In this document: one piece after another, positions 1 through 7,965 of the stretch
Numbering within the stretch: position 1 is the stretch's first letter
Layout of the letters: each line of letters opens with the position of its first letter
Origin: Glaciihabitans sp. INWT7
GTDB taxonomy: Bacteria > Actinomycetota > Actinomycetes > Actinomycetales > Microbacteriaceae
Length of the DNA stretch: 24,000 nt
Assembly: GCF_014217685.1 (NCBI RefSeq)
Contig: NZ_CP043653.1
Coordinates: forward strand, 476,419-500,418
Reading direction: 5' to 3'
Notes under the pieces: generated by a model
Told to the model about the DNA's origin: nothing
The model's input: the letters and a program-made list of their open reading frames with translations, nothing else
Databases searched by the model: none
Program-made: the position numbers and the translations under genes

Positions 1-1311
1 AATCACAAGAGTTGTCTCGTCCTCGAGGTCGTCCGACATCGAATCGGTCGCAGGTCCGGTTCCGTGCAAGCGCTGAACAGCGAGCCTTCTCTGCCAGTTG
101 CGCCGAGCCGATCGGAGCTTGCCCAAGGTCGTCGAGTAGCGCCGTGACTTGGTCGCGAAGTGACCGCGAAAACCGAGCATTCCGACCCACTTGCCCAACA
201 GCGAGTACTGGTCATCCTCGACCGAACCGCGACGGGCGAGCGAGGCTAGATCGTCAATAGTGCGCTTCAGATTGGCGATATGCGGGCGCTGCCCCGCCGA
301 TGCGGCGCCCGGATCAACATCCTCCGTTGCCTTCGTCGCATATTTGGCGATATAGGCAGCAACCGCCCGATCGGAGAGTTCGCCCTCGACATCGCCGCCG
401 CCCCGAACGACCACTCGAGCATCACACTGCTTGCCGAAGCGCAGGAGGCGGGCAGGATCACCGGTGACGATGGGATCGGCGACGATCGAGACCGCGGACG
501 CGCTTTCGATAGCAATCGCAGCGAGTCGTTCATCAGAGAGGTCCACCGCGGGCGGCGGGAAAGCATTTTCGTCGGTGGGATCGCCGTCCAGACGGATCAG
601 CGCGTGAAAGTGGATCAGCCCGCGCTTTTGAAACTCCGCGACCTTAGCGAACTGAACTCGCACAAGTCGGCGCGTTGCGGTTTCGGAAAGTCCTAGCGCC
701 TGTGCCAACCGTCGACGCAGAACGATCGTGAACCGTCGCCACAGTTCGGGGGAGTACCACTGCCAGGCGATCTGCCCCACGTAGTCGTAACACTCGTAGC
801 ACAACGGCTCACCCGCGATCCGCGAGTCAGGAGAGTGGACCGACATGCACCAGGTCGGCCGGCCGTGAGGGCAAAGTTTCTTATCGGATCGAGGTCGGCA
901 TCGAACTGTGCCACCGCGGCCAGGCTTCTTGATTGCGTGCACAGCGCCGAACGTCGGAGCCGTGAGAGTCACGAAGATCAACGGATGCGCGCCCACACCC
1001 TCGGGGATGTCTTTGCTCCCTCCGATAGCCCCAGCGACCACGAGGTGCCACATGTCGCCCTTATATTCGTGACTGCATGACGGACACCGCACCGCGCGAC
1101 GATTGCCGCAGCGAACATACGTGATGCCGTCCGGCTCTGTGGCCGACTCGTAGGACGAGATGACTTCGCCGGAGTGAGCATCGACAACCCTCGAGGAACC
1201 GACAAGACGAACCGGGTTAGCGCAGTAGCCGGTGCCTGCAGCTTGCTTGAGCCATTGCTCGAAGTCGGGACGCCGCATCCGATTCGTGGCCGACTTGGCC
1301 GAGGTCTGCAT
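1..1311 (-). CDS. repSA: RepSA-type (pSAM2-like) replication initiator of actinomycete plasmids/AICEs; C-terminus lies beyond the left window edge
   Basis: Hand translation of the minus strand from ATG 1311-1309 gives 437 codons with no stop down to nt 1 (MQTSAKSATNRMRRPDFEQWLKQAAGTGYCANPVRL..RCPSCSHEYKGDMWHL..PLIFVTLTAPTFG..CYECYDY..VAEFQKRGLIHFHALIRLDG..AAYIAKYATK). It is missing from the ORF track because it has no stop inside the window. The Cys clusters and the KRG-IHFHA-IRLDG block match what I remember of RepSA-family initiators. Confidence 0.85.
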   Translation of the reverse strand, partial: MQTSAKSATNRMRRPDFEQWLKQAAGTGYCANPVRLVGSSRVVDAHSGEVISSYESATEPDGITYVRCGNRRAVRCPSCSHEYKGDMWHLVVAGAIGGSKDIPEGVGAHPLIFVTLTAPTFGAVHAIKKPGRGGTVRCRPRSDKKLCPHGRPTWCMSVHSPDSRIAGEPLCYECYDYVGQIAWQWYSPELWRRFTIVLRRRLAQALGLSETATRRLVRVQFAKVAEFQKRGLIHFHALIRLDGDPTDENAFPPPAVDLSDERLAAIAIESASAVSIVADPIVTGDPARLLRFGKQCDARVVVRGGGDVEGELSDRAVAAYIAKYATKATEDVDPGAASAGQRPHIANLKRTIDDLASLARRGSVEDDQYSLLGKWVGMLGFRGHFATKSRRYSTTLGKLRSARRNWQRRLAVQRLHGTGPATDSMSDDLEDETTLVI

Positions 1312-1313
1312 GA

Positions 1314-1736
1314 TCAGTTAAGGGAGTCGGTAGCGACGCATTCAGCCGCGGCAAGAACCCCGGTGATGCGCGCAACATCGAGGTCAAGCTTGCACGCGCG
1401 TTCCGGAGATCCTGCGGCCCTTTGCGCGGAATTCCACGCCTTCACCTGGTCATCAGTGCAGACCGCATCAGCTACCAGAACGTTCTTGGGCACGTACTCG
1501 TAGACGCGGATGTCATCCGAGTAAGCCTTCCCGGCGTCGACGCCAATAGAGAACTTCAAGTTGCAGAAGTTGTAGCTCGCCTGGCTATAACCCGTCTGAT
1601 ATGCCGAGTCTGCTAGTGCGGAGGATTGGCTTCCGATGAGGAATCCACCGACGCCAATCCCTGTAGCTACGGCAAGCGATCCGAGGGAAAGGCCTACTCG
1701 GAATGCGACTCTTTTCTTGTTCGAAGTGATGCTCAC
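1314..1736 (-). CDS. small secreted/membrane-anchored protein, unknown function (AICE transfer region)
   Basis: 140-aa ORF with a GTG start that overlaps the traB stop (GTGA at 1733-1736); its stop is 2 nt before the repSA ATG. The N-terminus looks like a Sec signal (basic KKR, hydrophobic core, ALA/DS). There are four Cys in the mature part. No family recognised. Confidence 0.6.
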   Translation of the reverse strand: MSITSNKKRVAFRVGLSLGSLAVATGIGVGGFLIGSQSSALADSAYQTGYSQASYNFCNLKFSIGVDAGKAYSDDIRVYEYVPKNVLVADAVCTDDQVKAWNSAQRAAGSPERACKLDLDVARITGVLAAAECVATDSLN

Positions 1737-3190
1737 TGTTCTTCTCCTGTCTTCTGAGTACGACGGCTTCGCCGGGGGCGAGGACTCGTCTGTTCTTCCG
1801 AAATGTCCGGCGTAGGGATCGTGATATCCACGTGATGGGGAGCCTCGAACGCGTCAGCTACTTGGGCGATCAATTCGTCGTTGGCATGACCAGCCCGCAC
1901 GCGAATCGGGTCGCCTCCGTTATCAGGCACGACATAGGCCACACCGGGAAGAGAGGACGGGATCTGGTGACACAGAGCGCCCTTCTCTCGCATCCCCTCG
2001 CCGAGCACCATCGACGTCTCAAGGGCGTCGCGAAGTCGAAGCCCAATGGTTTGGGTGAAAAGGCCTCGGGAAGGGAGCGTCTCTTTGCGCGGATCTTGAA
2101 GGCAGGCAAAGACTGTGAACCCGGGCGCACGGCCCTGCGAACAGAGCAAAGCAATCGCCACATTCGCCCGTTGTTGCAACTGCCTATCTGAGAGATACGC
2201 GGTGAGCGCAGCCAGTTCGTCAATGACGACGAGAACGTGCGGGCTGTTTGTTGTCGCAGCGTGTTGGCGACTCTTTCCCGCAAGCTCGCCGGCACGCCGC
2301 TTCATCTGCGAGACAACGTCCTCGAGAAGTTGTACAGCTTCGGCGGGATCGGTCGCGTAGCTCATGAGTAGCTTTCGGCCCATCGTCAGCTCCATCCCGC
2401 CCTTGAGATCGATACCGTGCACCTGAATCAGGTTCGAGTGGATCGCTGGTGCAAGCCCGATGAGCAGGCTCCAGATCATGGATGCCTTACCAGAGCCGGA
2501 CGATCCCGCTACGAGCGTGTGCGGCCCGAGACGAATCGACCAAGGCTGACCTGATGCCTCGACGCCCATCGGGATGGCACGAAGGTCGGCGGACTTCGGC
2601 CATGCCGTCGAGAACGGGATGACGAGTGGATCGAGATACTGAACGACACACTCTGCACCGCCAGGTGCAACTGACACCGCCACGGAGAGCGCAGAGAGCG
2701 ATTCGGCAAGTGCCGGAGCGGCAAGCGCCAGCGAGCGGCGTTCCATGCCCAAAGGCAGTGCGACTTTCAGAACGAGGGACGCACCGCGCCAACCGTAAGT
2801 TGTTACGGCTGGAACCTCGAGGCGGCCCGATGCGCCACGTACCGAAAGACCGAGGCGAAGCATCAGTTCCGGCCAGGCTTGAAGGGCGCCCCTCGCGTTC
2901 TCTCGCTCCCAACGCCTACGAGCAAGATCCGCCAGTGACAGACCCCGCCCGAATCGCCGCAACATCAGGACGGCAACAACCACAACGACCGATGCGAGGA
3001 GAGCCATGTGGACAAAGGCAAACTGATTGAACAGCAGCCCGAAGATAACGACCACAACGATGGCCACTTTGAACCGCCGCCAGGCGTCGCGGGCTTGCAG
3101 GCCAAGCCAGCGCAGCTCTCCTCGCAAATCCATGATGGTTATTCGCCCGCCTTGCCCTTGACGGCCGGACGGACGCCGGTCGACCACCAC
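1733..3190 (-). CDS. traB: FtsK/SpoIIIE-family conjugative dsDNA translocase (TraB/TraSA-like)
   Basis: 485-aa ORF with N-terminal hydrophobic helices (VAIVVVVIFGLLFNQFAFV, ALLASVVVVVAVLML), Walker A GSSGSGKAS and Walker B-like HVLVVIDELAAL. An alternative ATG at 3133 (MDLRGEL..) lies 5 nt after the upstream gene's stop. Confidence 0.9.
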   Translation of the reverse strand: MVVDRRPSGRQGQGGRITIMDLRGELRWLGLQARDAWRRFKVAIVVVVIFGLLFNQFAFVHMALLASVVVVVAVLMLRRFGRGLSLADLARRRWERENARGALQAWPELMLRLGLSVRGASGRLEVPAVTTYGWRGASLVLKVALPLGMERRSLALAAPALAESLSALSVAVSVAPGGAECVVQYLDPLVIPFSTAWPKSADLRAIPMGVEASGQPWSIRLGPHTLVAGSSGSGKASMIWSLLIGLAPAIHSNLIQVHGIDLKGGMELTMGRKLLMSYATDPAEAVQLLEDVVSQMKRRAGELAGKSRQHAATTNSPHVLVVIDELAALTAYLSDRQLQQRANVAIALLCSQGRAPGFTVFACLQDPRKETLPSRGLFTQTIGLRLRDALETSMVLGEGMREKGALCHQIPSSLPGVAYVVPDNGGDPIRVRAGHANDELIAQVADAFEAPHHVDITIPTPDISEEQTSPRPRRSRRTQKTGEEQ

Positions 3191-3546
3191 GACATACCCA
3201 GGCGGTTCGTCTGACGGTTGACGTAAGGGCTCATCGTCAAGTTCTCGAGCGTGATGAGAATGTGCGGCAGATTCGGCAGTGTCGACGGCAGCTCAGGCTG
3301 GAACTGAGAGACGACTTTCACCTCGAGGATGTCCTGGCCTCGCCCGGCGGTCGCCTCTGGGTCCCAAGCACGCAGGTTCCATATCGGAAGCCCTGTCTCT
3401 TCGTCTCGGCGTTGCGGACCGGGTTTCCCTTCGATCCAATCGATCGCTGGGGAAACGCCGCCAGCCGTAGTGGTTAGAAAAGGCGGTGTCGGGACCGCGA
3501 TCCCCTTCCTCGAACTCCGAACGGTCGTTGAGTTTATTTCTGACAT
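3139..3546 (-). CDS. pra: Pra-like protein (plasmid replication/integration/excision activator family), tentative
   Basis: 135-aa ORF. Blocks DEETGLPIWNL, EVKVVSQFQPELP and LENLTMSPYV..RLGMSWWSTGV resemble my recollection of pSAM2 Pra-type proteins (D..TGLPLW, VK...QP..P, GLTVTPYV). It is the first gene of the minus-strand pra-traB-orf140-repSA string, directly downstream of the palindromic operator region. Confidence 0.6.
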   Translation of the reverse strand: MSEINSTTVRSSRKGIAVPTPPFLTTTAGGVSPAIDWIEGKPGPQRRDEETGLPIWNLRAWDPEATAGRGQDILEVKVVSQFQPELPSTLPNLPHILITLENLTMSPYVNRQTNRLGMSWWSTGVRPAVKGKAGE

Positions 3547-3612
3547 TGCCGCAACCTCCTGGGATGTTTGTGCACGGGTCTGGACGCGATTGCGTTCTCC
3601 CGCGCGTTCTAA

Positions 3613-3655
3613 TTGAATAAATTCAAGTTAGCCCAATACTTGAATAAATTCAAGT
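3613..3655. promoter_or_regulatory. tandem AT-rich palindromic operator in the divergent pra / orf248 promoter region
   Basis: The 16-nt TTGAATAAATTCAAGT occurs twice (3613-3628 and 3640-3655, 27-bp period). The second copy extends to ACTTGAAT-AA-ATTCAAGT, with 8-bp inverted arms. It is strikingly AT-rich for this genome and lies between divergent genes (3546 minus, 3723 plus). Confidence 0.6.
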
Positions 3656-3722
3656 CACGGCGCAAAGGAGAGATCTCCAGGTATATGCGAAAATGAGAAG
3701 GACAAGGCCGGAGGGCGTGCAG

Positions 3723-4469
3723 ATGCCGATTGAGCTAATGGAAGACATTCCTGAGCCTGTCCGTCACCTGATCGAGGCGGTAAGCCGTCCAGGCGTTGAA
3801 ATTAGTCCAACCTCGCTGCGACGAGCTCACCAGGCGGGCCGCAATTTCGGGCCAGAAGGAGCTCGACTTTCAGGAGTGAATCGAGGAGACGACTTCCTCT
3901 TCGCAGCAGCCGGAGTGAGTACGCGCCTCGCGGAGGCCGCCGGAAATGTTCGTGCGATCATCAATGCCTATGGCCAGGTTGTTGCCAACCCTCGACCGGA
4001 TCTGACTCAGTTGGCGAGATGGCAGGATGTGTCGCCAGGTGGCCTTCGCCACCGCTATACCGAAGCGCACGTCATCGCAATCCGACATGTGATGAGCGAT
4101 GATCCCCTTGTGGATGCCATTCTCGATCCGCTGCCCGGTGTTTTCGATGAGGACCTTAGGGGAGTGAGCCCCGCCATCGACAGACAGCTTGAGGTTCGCG
4201 CAGAGATGCGCGTTCGCTGCGGCGAGGAGATGGAGAAACTGTTCGGTAAAAATCCTCAGGCAGTCGTTCTGGATGCTGCGGGAGTTAGCAGCTTTGACCT
4301 GGGGCGTTATCGGCTGATCGCTGATCTCGGAGACGTCATGCGGGTTACGTTGGCACGTATTGAGCCAGTGTTAGCAGAGCAGTACGTGAGGTGGGTTGAG
4401 GATTTGCTTGTCGTACGCAAACAACAGCAACAGCAAGAGCCTCGCAGGCGGGATCGAAAGAACTCTTAG
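3723..4469 (+). CDS. hypothetical protein, possible AICE regulator (occupies a korSA-like position)
   Basis: The ORF track gives 3693-4469. I prefer the ATG at 3723 (MPIELMEDIPEP..) because GGAGGG at 3710-3715 sits 7 nt upstream. The gene is divergent from the pra-like gene across the operator. It ends in a Q-rich/basic tail (KQQQQQEPRRRDRK). No HTH or family recognised. Confidence 0.6.
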   Translation: MPIELMEDIPEPVRHLIEAVSRPGVEISPTSLRRAHQAGRNFGPEGARLSGVNRGDDFLFAAAGVSTRLAEAAGNVRAIINAYGQVVANPRPDLTQLARWQDVSPGGLRHRYTEAHVIAIRHVMSDDPLVDAILDPLPGVFDEDLRGVSPAIDRQLEVRAEMRVRCGEEMEKLFGKNPQAVVLDAAGVSSFDLGRYRLIADLGDVMRVTLARIEPVLAEQYVRWVEDLLVVRKQQQQQEPRRRDRKNS

Positions 4470-4737
4470 ATCCTGGCTTGGGACAGTTGAGCGGTTCCGC
4501 CTTGGACTTCAATAATGGCTTCAAGCCGGGACTAAAACAGAGTTGCTGGCTCAAGGATGCAGCCTGTTGGTCGATTTCGGACCGAGACCCGCTTTGCCCC
4601 GTTATTGCGATGCAGTTCGTCGAGACAACATAGCGCCTAGCAGCCAGCACGTCAGTGCCGCGCGGAGTCTCTAGCTCTTTAACCCAACGAGCCTCATGAC
4701 GGTCCGAATTCGCGTGTCACCGAGCCCACGTCCAGAT

Positions 4738-4974
4738 TTAGGCTGGCCATTCGTTCGTAGAGGTAATCATCCCTGCCACCAGCAGTTCGACAATCAATTC
4801 CCGGCGGAGAGCCGGGGAAAGCGACCGTGCAAATTTTCTCGCCGCGTCGCGTTTTTCGGCGTCTGGTCGCGCTTCAATAATGCTTGCAAGAACTAGCACT
4901 TCGTTCACGGCCGCCGCGGTCGTCCCTGCCAGAGAGATCGCGGATTCGAGGTCTGCGCCTTTTGAACTGTCCAT
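4738..4974 (-). CDS. small helical hypothetical protein (weak call)
   Basis: The track ORF 4738-4998 begins at a TTG; the internal ATG at 4974 gives 78 aa (MDSSKGADLESAISLAG..). No clear SD and no recognised motif. It lies in a 620-bp lower-GC gap downstream of the putative restriction gene. Confidence 0.3.
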   Translation of the reverse strand: MDSSKGADLESAISLAGTTAAAVNEVLVLASIIEARPDAEKRDAARKFARSLSPALRRELIVELLVAGMITSTNEWPA

Positions 4975-5093
4975 ATTCTTAGGGTAAACATCGCACAAGG
5001 CGACTGACGCACAAATAGCCCAAGCTTTCGCCAGAATGAGTCCAGTTAATCAGCGCCCGGGTGGCGTCATTGAGATCAAACCAGCGACACCAG

Positions 5094-5930
5094 CTATGCG
5101 CCCTCGGGTCCGGCGGCCAGGCGATATTCCAGGAGGTCCGACGTCGTTATGTCTTTTCCCTGCACTAGTACGTAGTGAGACTCACGGCGCACCCGAACCT
5201 GATCGTCCTGAATCGCGAGTTCGAAAAGCGCTATCCGCCCGTCGTTCGCGAACTGAGCGGAGATTGGCCGGCAGATCATTCCTGGCCATTTCTCAGCGCA
5301 AACTGCGATGTCCTGCTCAGTTTGGGTGATGCCGATCTCATCCGAGCCGCCCTTGGCCTGTACGGGCAGGATGAATTGTTGACCGTGCCTGTCAACGGCG
5401 ACATACACCTCGTCTACTTCAACCTGACCTACGCCCTTTGCCGTCGTCCTGAGGTGATTCTGGAGCGAGTAGGACGCAACGCCGAGGAAGATGTCGATCA
5501 ATCGGTTATATCGAACGAGCGCCAACAGTGCCTGCTCATCGCCCAGCGCGCTAGCCGCGATGATTTCCGGTGTGGCATCGGGAATCTTGGTAACGGTCAA
5601 AGCGAGGTTAGGCTTCACACGTACCTGAGCTGGGATCAAGTCAAAAGCATACTTGGACATCCCGATCGAGCGAATTATCCACTCCGAGCCGTCAGGGGCG
5701 GCATCCAGCAAAACCTTGGGAAAGGCGATGCGGTAGCGGATCGCGTAGAGCACATCTCCTAGGTTTTTTGGGACTTTGATGCCGAGAGCATCAGCGGCTT
5801 CTGGTAGCTCATCCCGGGTCCACTCAACGTGAGTTTCTCCGACCTTAAAGTGCTTCGCGAAAATCCACGCAGCGAGCTGCTGGTAGCGATTTTCTTTCGA
5901 AGGCTTAACTGGCACATCGGACACAATCAA
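5094..5930 (-). CDS. putative type II restriction endonuclease partner of the adjacent C5-MTase
   Basis: 278-aa ORF with a TTG start overlapping the MTase stop (TTGA at 5927-5930), implying translational coupling. It has a candidate PD-(D/E)xK-like core: VEVDEVYVAVD..(x)..ILPVQAKGG. The assignment rests mainly on context (MTase upstream, Vsr divergent). Enzyme family and specificity not recognised. Confidence 0.6.
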   Translation of the reverse strand: MIVSDVPVKPSKENRYQQLAAWIFAKHFKVGETHVEWTRDELPEAADALGIKVPKNLGDVLYAIRYRIAFPKVLLDAAPDGSEWIIRSIGMSKYAFDLIPAQVRVKPNLALTVTKIPDATPEIIAASALGDEQALLALVRYNRLIDIFLGVASYSLQNHLRTTAKGVGQVEVDEVYVAVDRHGQQFILPVQAKGGSDEIGITQTEQDIAVCAEKWPGMICRPISAQFANDGRIALFELAIQDDQVRVRRESHYVLVQGKDITTSDLLEYRLAAGPEGA

Positions 5931-7252
5931 CCGACCTTGCGGTCACGCTGTGGAATGACGCGCTCTTTGATCCCGAAATGATCGTGAGCTACTCGAGCTG
6001 TCATATAAAGCAAATCCGTATCTCCTAGCTCAATTGCTTTGCCTTTGGTTGGCGTCACACCGTCTGCTTGCAGGATGGCCGATCCCACTGCGCGGGCGAG
6101 GCGGGCGGGGACCGAATTCCCAATCTGACGGAAGCCATTCCATTTTGTCGCGTGGAATCGGAACCAATCTGGATAGCCGTGCAGGCGGGCCGCCTCGCGA
6201 ACTGTAATGACGCGCGGGTACACAGGATGTATCGGTCGAGGAGCAGTGTAGGCGCCGCGGTCCGAGGCCGTGCCAGCCCGTAGGGTGTTGCTGAGCCCAT
6301 CCGGATGTAAACGCAAGAAGCGGCTCACGACTTCGGTCGTGCCCGGCAGAGCGGCGGCGAAACGGTCGATGGACTTCTTCGTATGAATGGTTCGCGCCGA
6401 CGAGCTCAGCGCATTTCCCGTGGTCGGACGCGGCCGCGAGAAGTCCGTAGGGTCCTTCTTCGCTCCTCGAAGTTGAGCGGCATAGACGCTTGAAGCGCCG
6501 TAAGTAACATCACCAATGTTGTCGTCGTGAAGCAGCTCTTCAAAACCGTCGGCATCGGGAAGATCGCTGAGCGCCTCTAGAACGCTCGGTCCAAGGGGCA
6601 GCATGCCCTGGTTTGGCAGCACTCCGCTTATGGTGCGAGCGGTATGGCTCGCAGTTGGATAGGCGGGCAGGTCCACGTCTCTCCGGGCGCCGAGCACAAA
6701 GACTCGCCGCCGGGACTGGGGAGTACCGAAGTCGGCAGCTTGAAGAACCTGAATCGGGTCGACGACGCGATAGTCGCCGCCGGCCTCAACCATCTCCACA
6801 ACCTCGTCGACGAGCTGCCGGTGTCCGCCGACCATAAGGCCCGCGACGTTCTCCATCAGGAAGTAGCGGGGGCGAAGCTCCAGGACGACACGCACGAATT
6901 CCTTCAGAAGAGCATTCCGAGGGTCGTCGATCGCACGCCGACCAATCATCGAGATGCCCTGGCAGGGCGGGCCACCTGCCACAAGATGGATCTCGCGATC
7001 GCCGATCTCTGATTCCTCACGGATTTGCTGCCCGGTAATCTTCGAGACATCTGCACAAAAAGTCGTGCCGTAAGGGAAGTTGAATTCGTGAACAGCTGCG
7101 TGGATGGGGTCATACTCCACAGCTGCCGCGATTTCATACCCGGCCTGCTCAAGTCCTAGCGAAAGTCCACCTGCCCCGGCGAAGAGGTCTACGGCAAGAG
7201 GACGGCGAACATCGATCGACATGGTCACCACCGTACCGGTCATGGGTGACAT
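5927..7252 (-). CDS. DNA (cytosine-5)-methyltransferase, type II
   Basis: Canonical 5mC MTase motifs are present: I DLFAGAGGLSLG, IV GGPPCQGIS, VI ENV, VIII QSRRRVF, IX ITVREAARLHGYPDWFRF, X QIGNSVP. Alternative starts at 7243 and 7222. Confidence 0.95.
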   Translation of the reverse strand: MSPMTGTVVTMSIDVRRPLAVDLFAGAGGLSLGLEQAGYEIAAAVEYDPIHAAVHEFNFPYGTTFCADVSKITGQQIREESEIGDREIHLVAGGPPCQGISMIGRRAIDDPRNALLKEFVRVVLELRPRYFLMENVAGLMVGGHRQLVDEVVEMVEAGGDYRVVDPIQVLQAADFGTPQSRRRVFVLGARRDVDLPAYPTASHTARTISGVLPNQGMLPLGPSVLEALSDLPDADGFEELLHDDNIGDVTYGASSVYAAQLRGAKKDPTDFSRPRPTTGNALSSSARTIHTKKSIDRFAAALPGTTEVVSRFLRLHPDGLSNTLRAGTASDRGAYTAPRPIHPVYPRVITVREAARLHGYPDWFRFHATKWNGFRQIGNSVPARLARAVGSAILQADGVTPTKGKAIELGDTDLLYMTARVAHDHFGIKERVIPQRDRKVG

Positions 7253-7300
7253 TGCTTACCCGAGCCACGCCTGTTACCGGATCGGCCTATTCTCGAAGGC

Positions 7301-7768
7301 ATGAGTGCGTCCTGGGCCACTAGCGCGACTGCGCGCAAGGTGATGCAGGGCAACCGCGGACGGGACACGAAGCCCGAGCTGGCGGTGCGTCGCTTGGTCC
7401 ACGCCAGAGGCATGCGCTACCGCGTGAACGCTCGTGTCGAGCCGGACATTCGGCGTAGCGCCGACATGCTGTTTACTCGCAAGCGGATCGCCGTTTTCAT
7501 CGACGGCTGCTACTGGCACGGCTGCCCAGCGCACTTCGTCTTGCCGAAGGCTCATCCCGATTACTGGGAGGCGAAAATTGCGGGTAACCGTAAAAGGGAC
7601 GCCGAGACGAATTCGCTGCTCGAGCTCCGAGGATGGACGATTCTTCGCTTTTGGTCACACGAGTCGCCTATCTGCGTCGCGGACAAGGTTGAGGCTGCAG
7701 TTCGCGACCGCAACGTGGAGCGAACTGAGACAGTGATTCGCCTAATCAAGCACAAAACATTGCGCTAA
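7301..7768 (+). CDS. vsr: very short patch repair endonuclease Vsr
   Basis: 155 aa with TKPELAVRRLVHARGMRYR, ADMLFTRKRIAVFIDGCYWHGC, YWEAKIAGNRKRD and GWTILRFWSHE, the classic Vsr pattern. It is divergent from the 5mC MTase with a 48-bp spacer. Confidence 0.95.
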   Translation: MSASWATSATARKVMQGNRGRDTKPELAVRRLVHARGMRYRVNARVEPDIRRSADMLFTRKRIAVFIDGCYWHGCPAHFVLPKAHPDYWEAKIAGNRKRDAETNSLLELRGWTILRFWSHESPICVADKVEAAVRDRNVERTETVIRLIKHKTLR

Positions 7769-7965
7769 CGCCAGCTCGCGGTTTGGTCGGCTTAGAGAGA
7801 GCCAATCCGCACACTATTTCCGGCCGCCACACCCGAGGCACTTCGTCACGTTGACCAAGCCGGCAGCAATCCCTTTGGTTCTTGACGCGGCCTAACCCTC
7901 TCGAATCTGCGAATTCGGATGCTTATCTGCCGAGTCGGAGCTCTGGTGGCAGATAGTTTGAGCAC

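Noticed and set aside
280-1205. Track ORFs 280-696(+), 267-566(-), 693-914(-), 978-1205(-)
   Set aside because: All are out-of-frame or antisense fragments inside the continuous 437-codon RepSA reading frame, which I verified by hand.
3693-4469. Calling this gene korSA (GntR-family repressor)
   Set aside because: Only position and size fit. I cannot find the GntR N-terminal winged-HTH signature, so it is left as hypothetical.
4345-4650. 101-aa minus-strand ORF downstream of and overlapping orf248
   Set aside because: It overlaps the 3' end of a better-supported gene by 125 nt and has no SD or motif. It is treated as non-coding within the low-coding gap.
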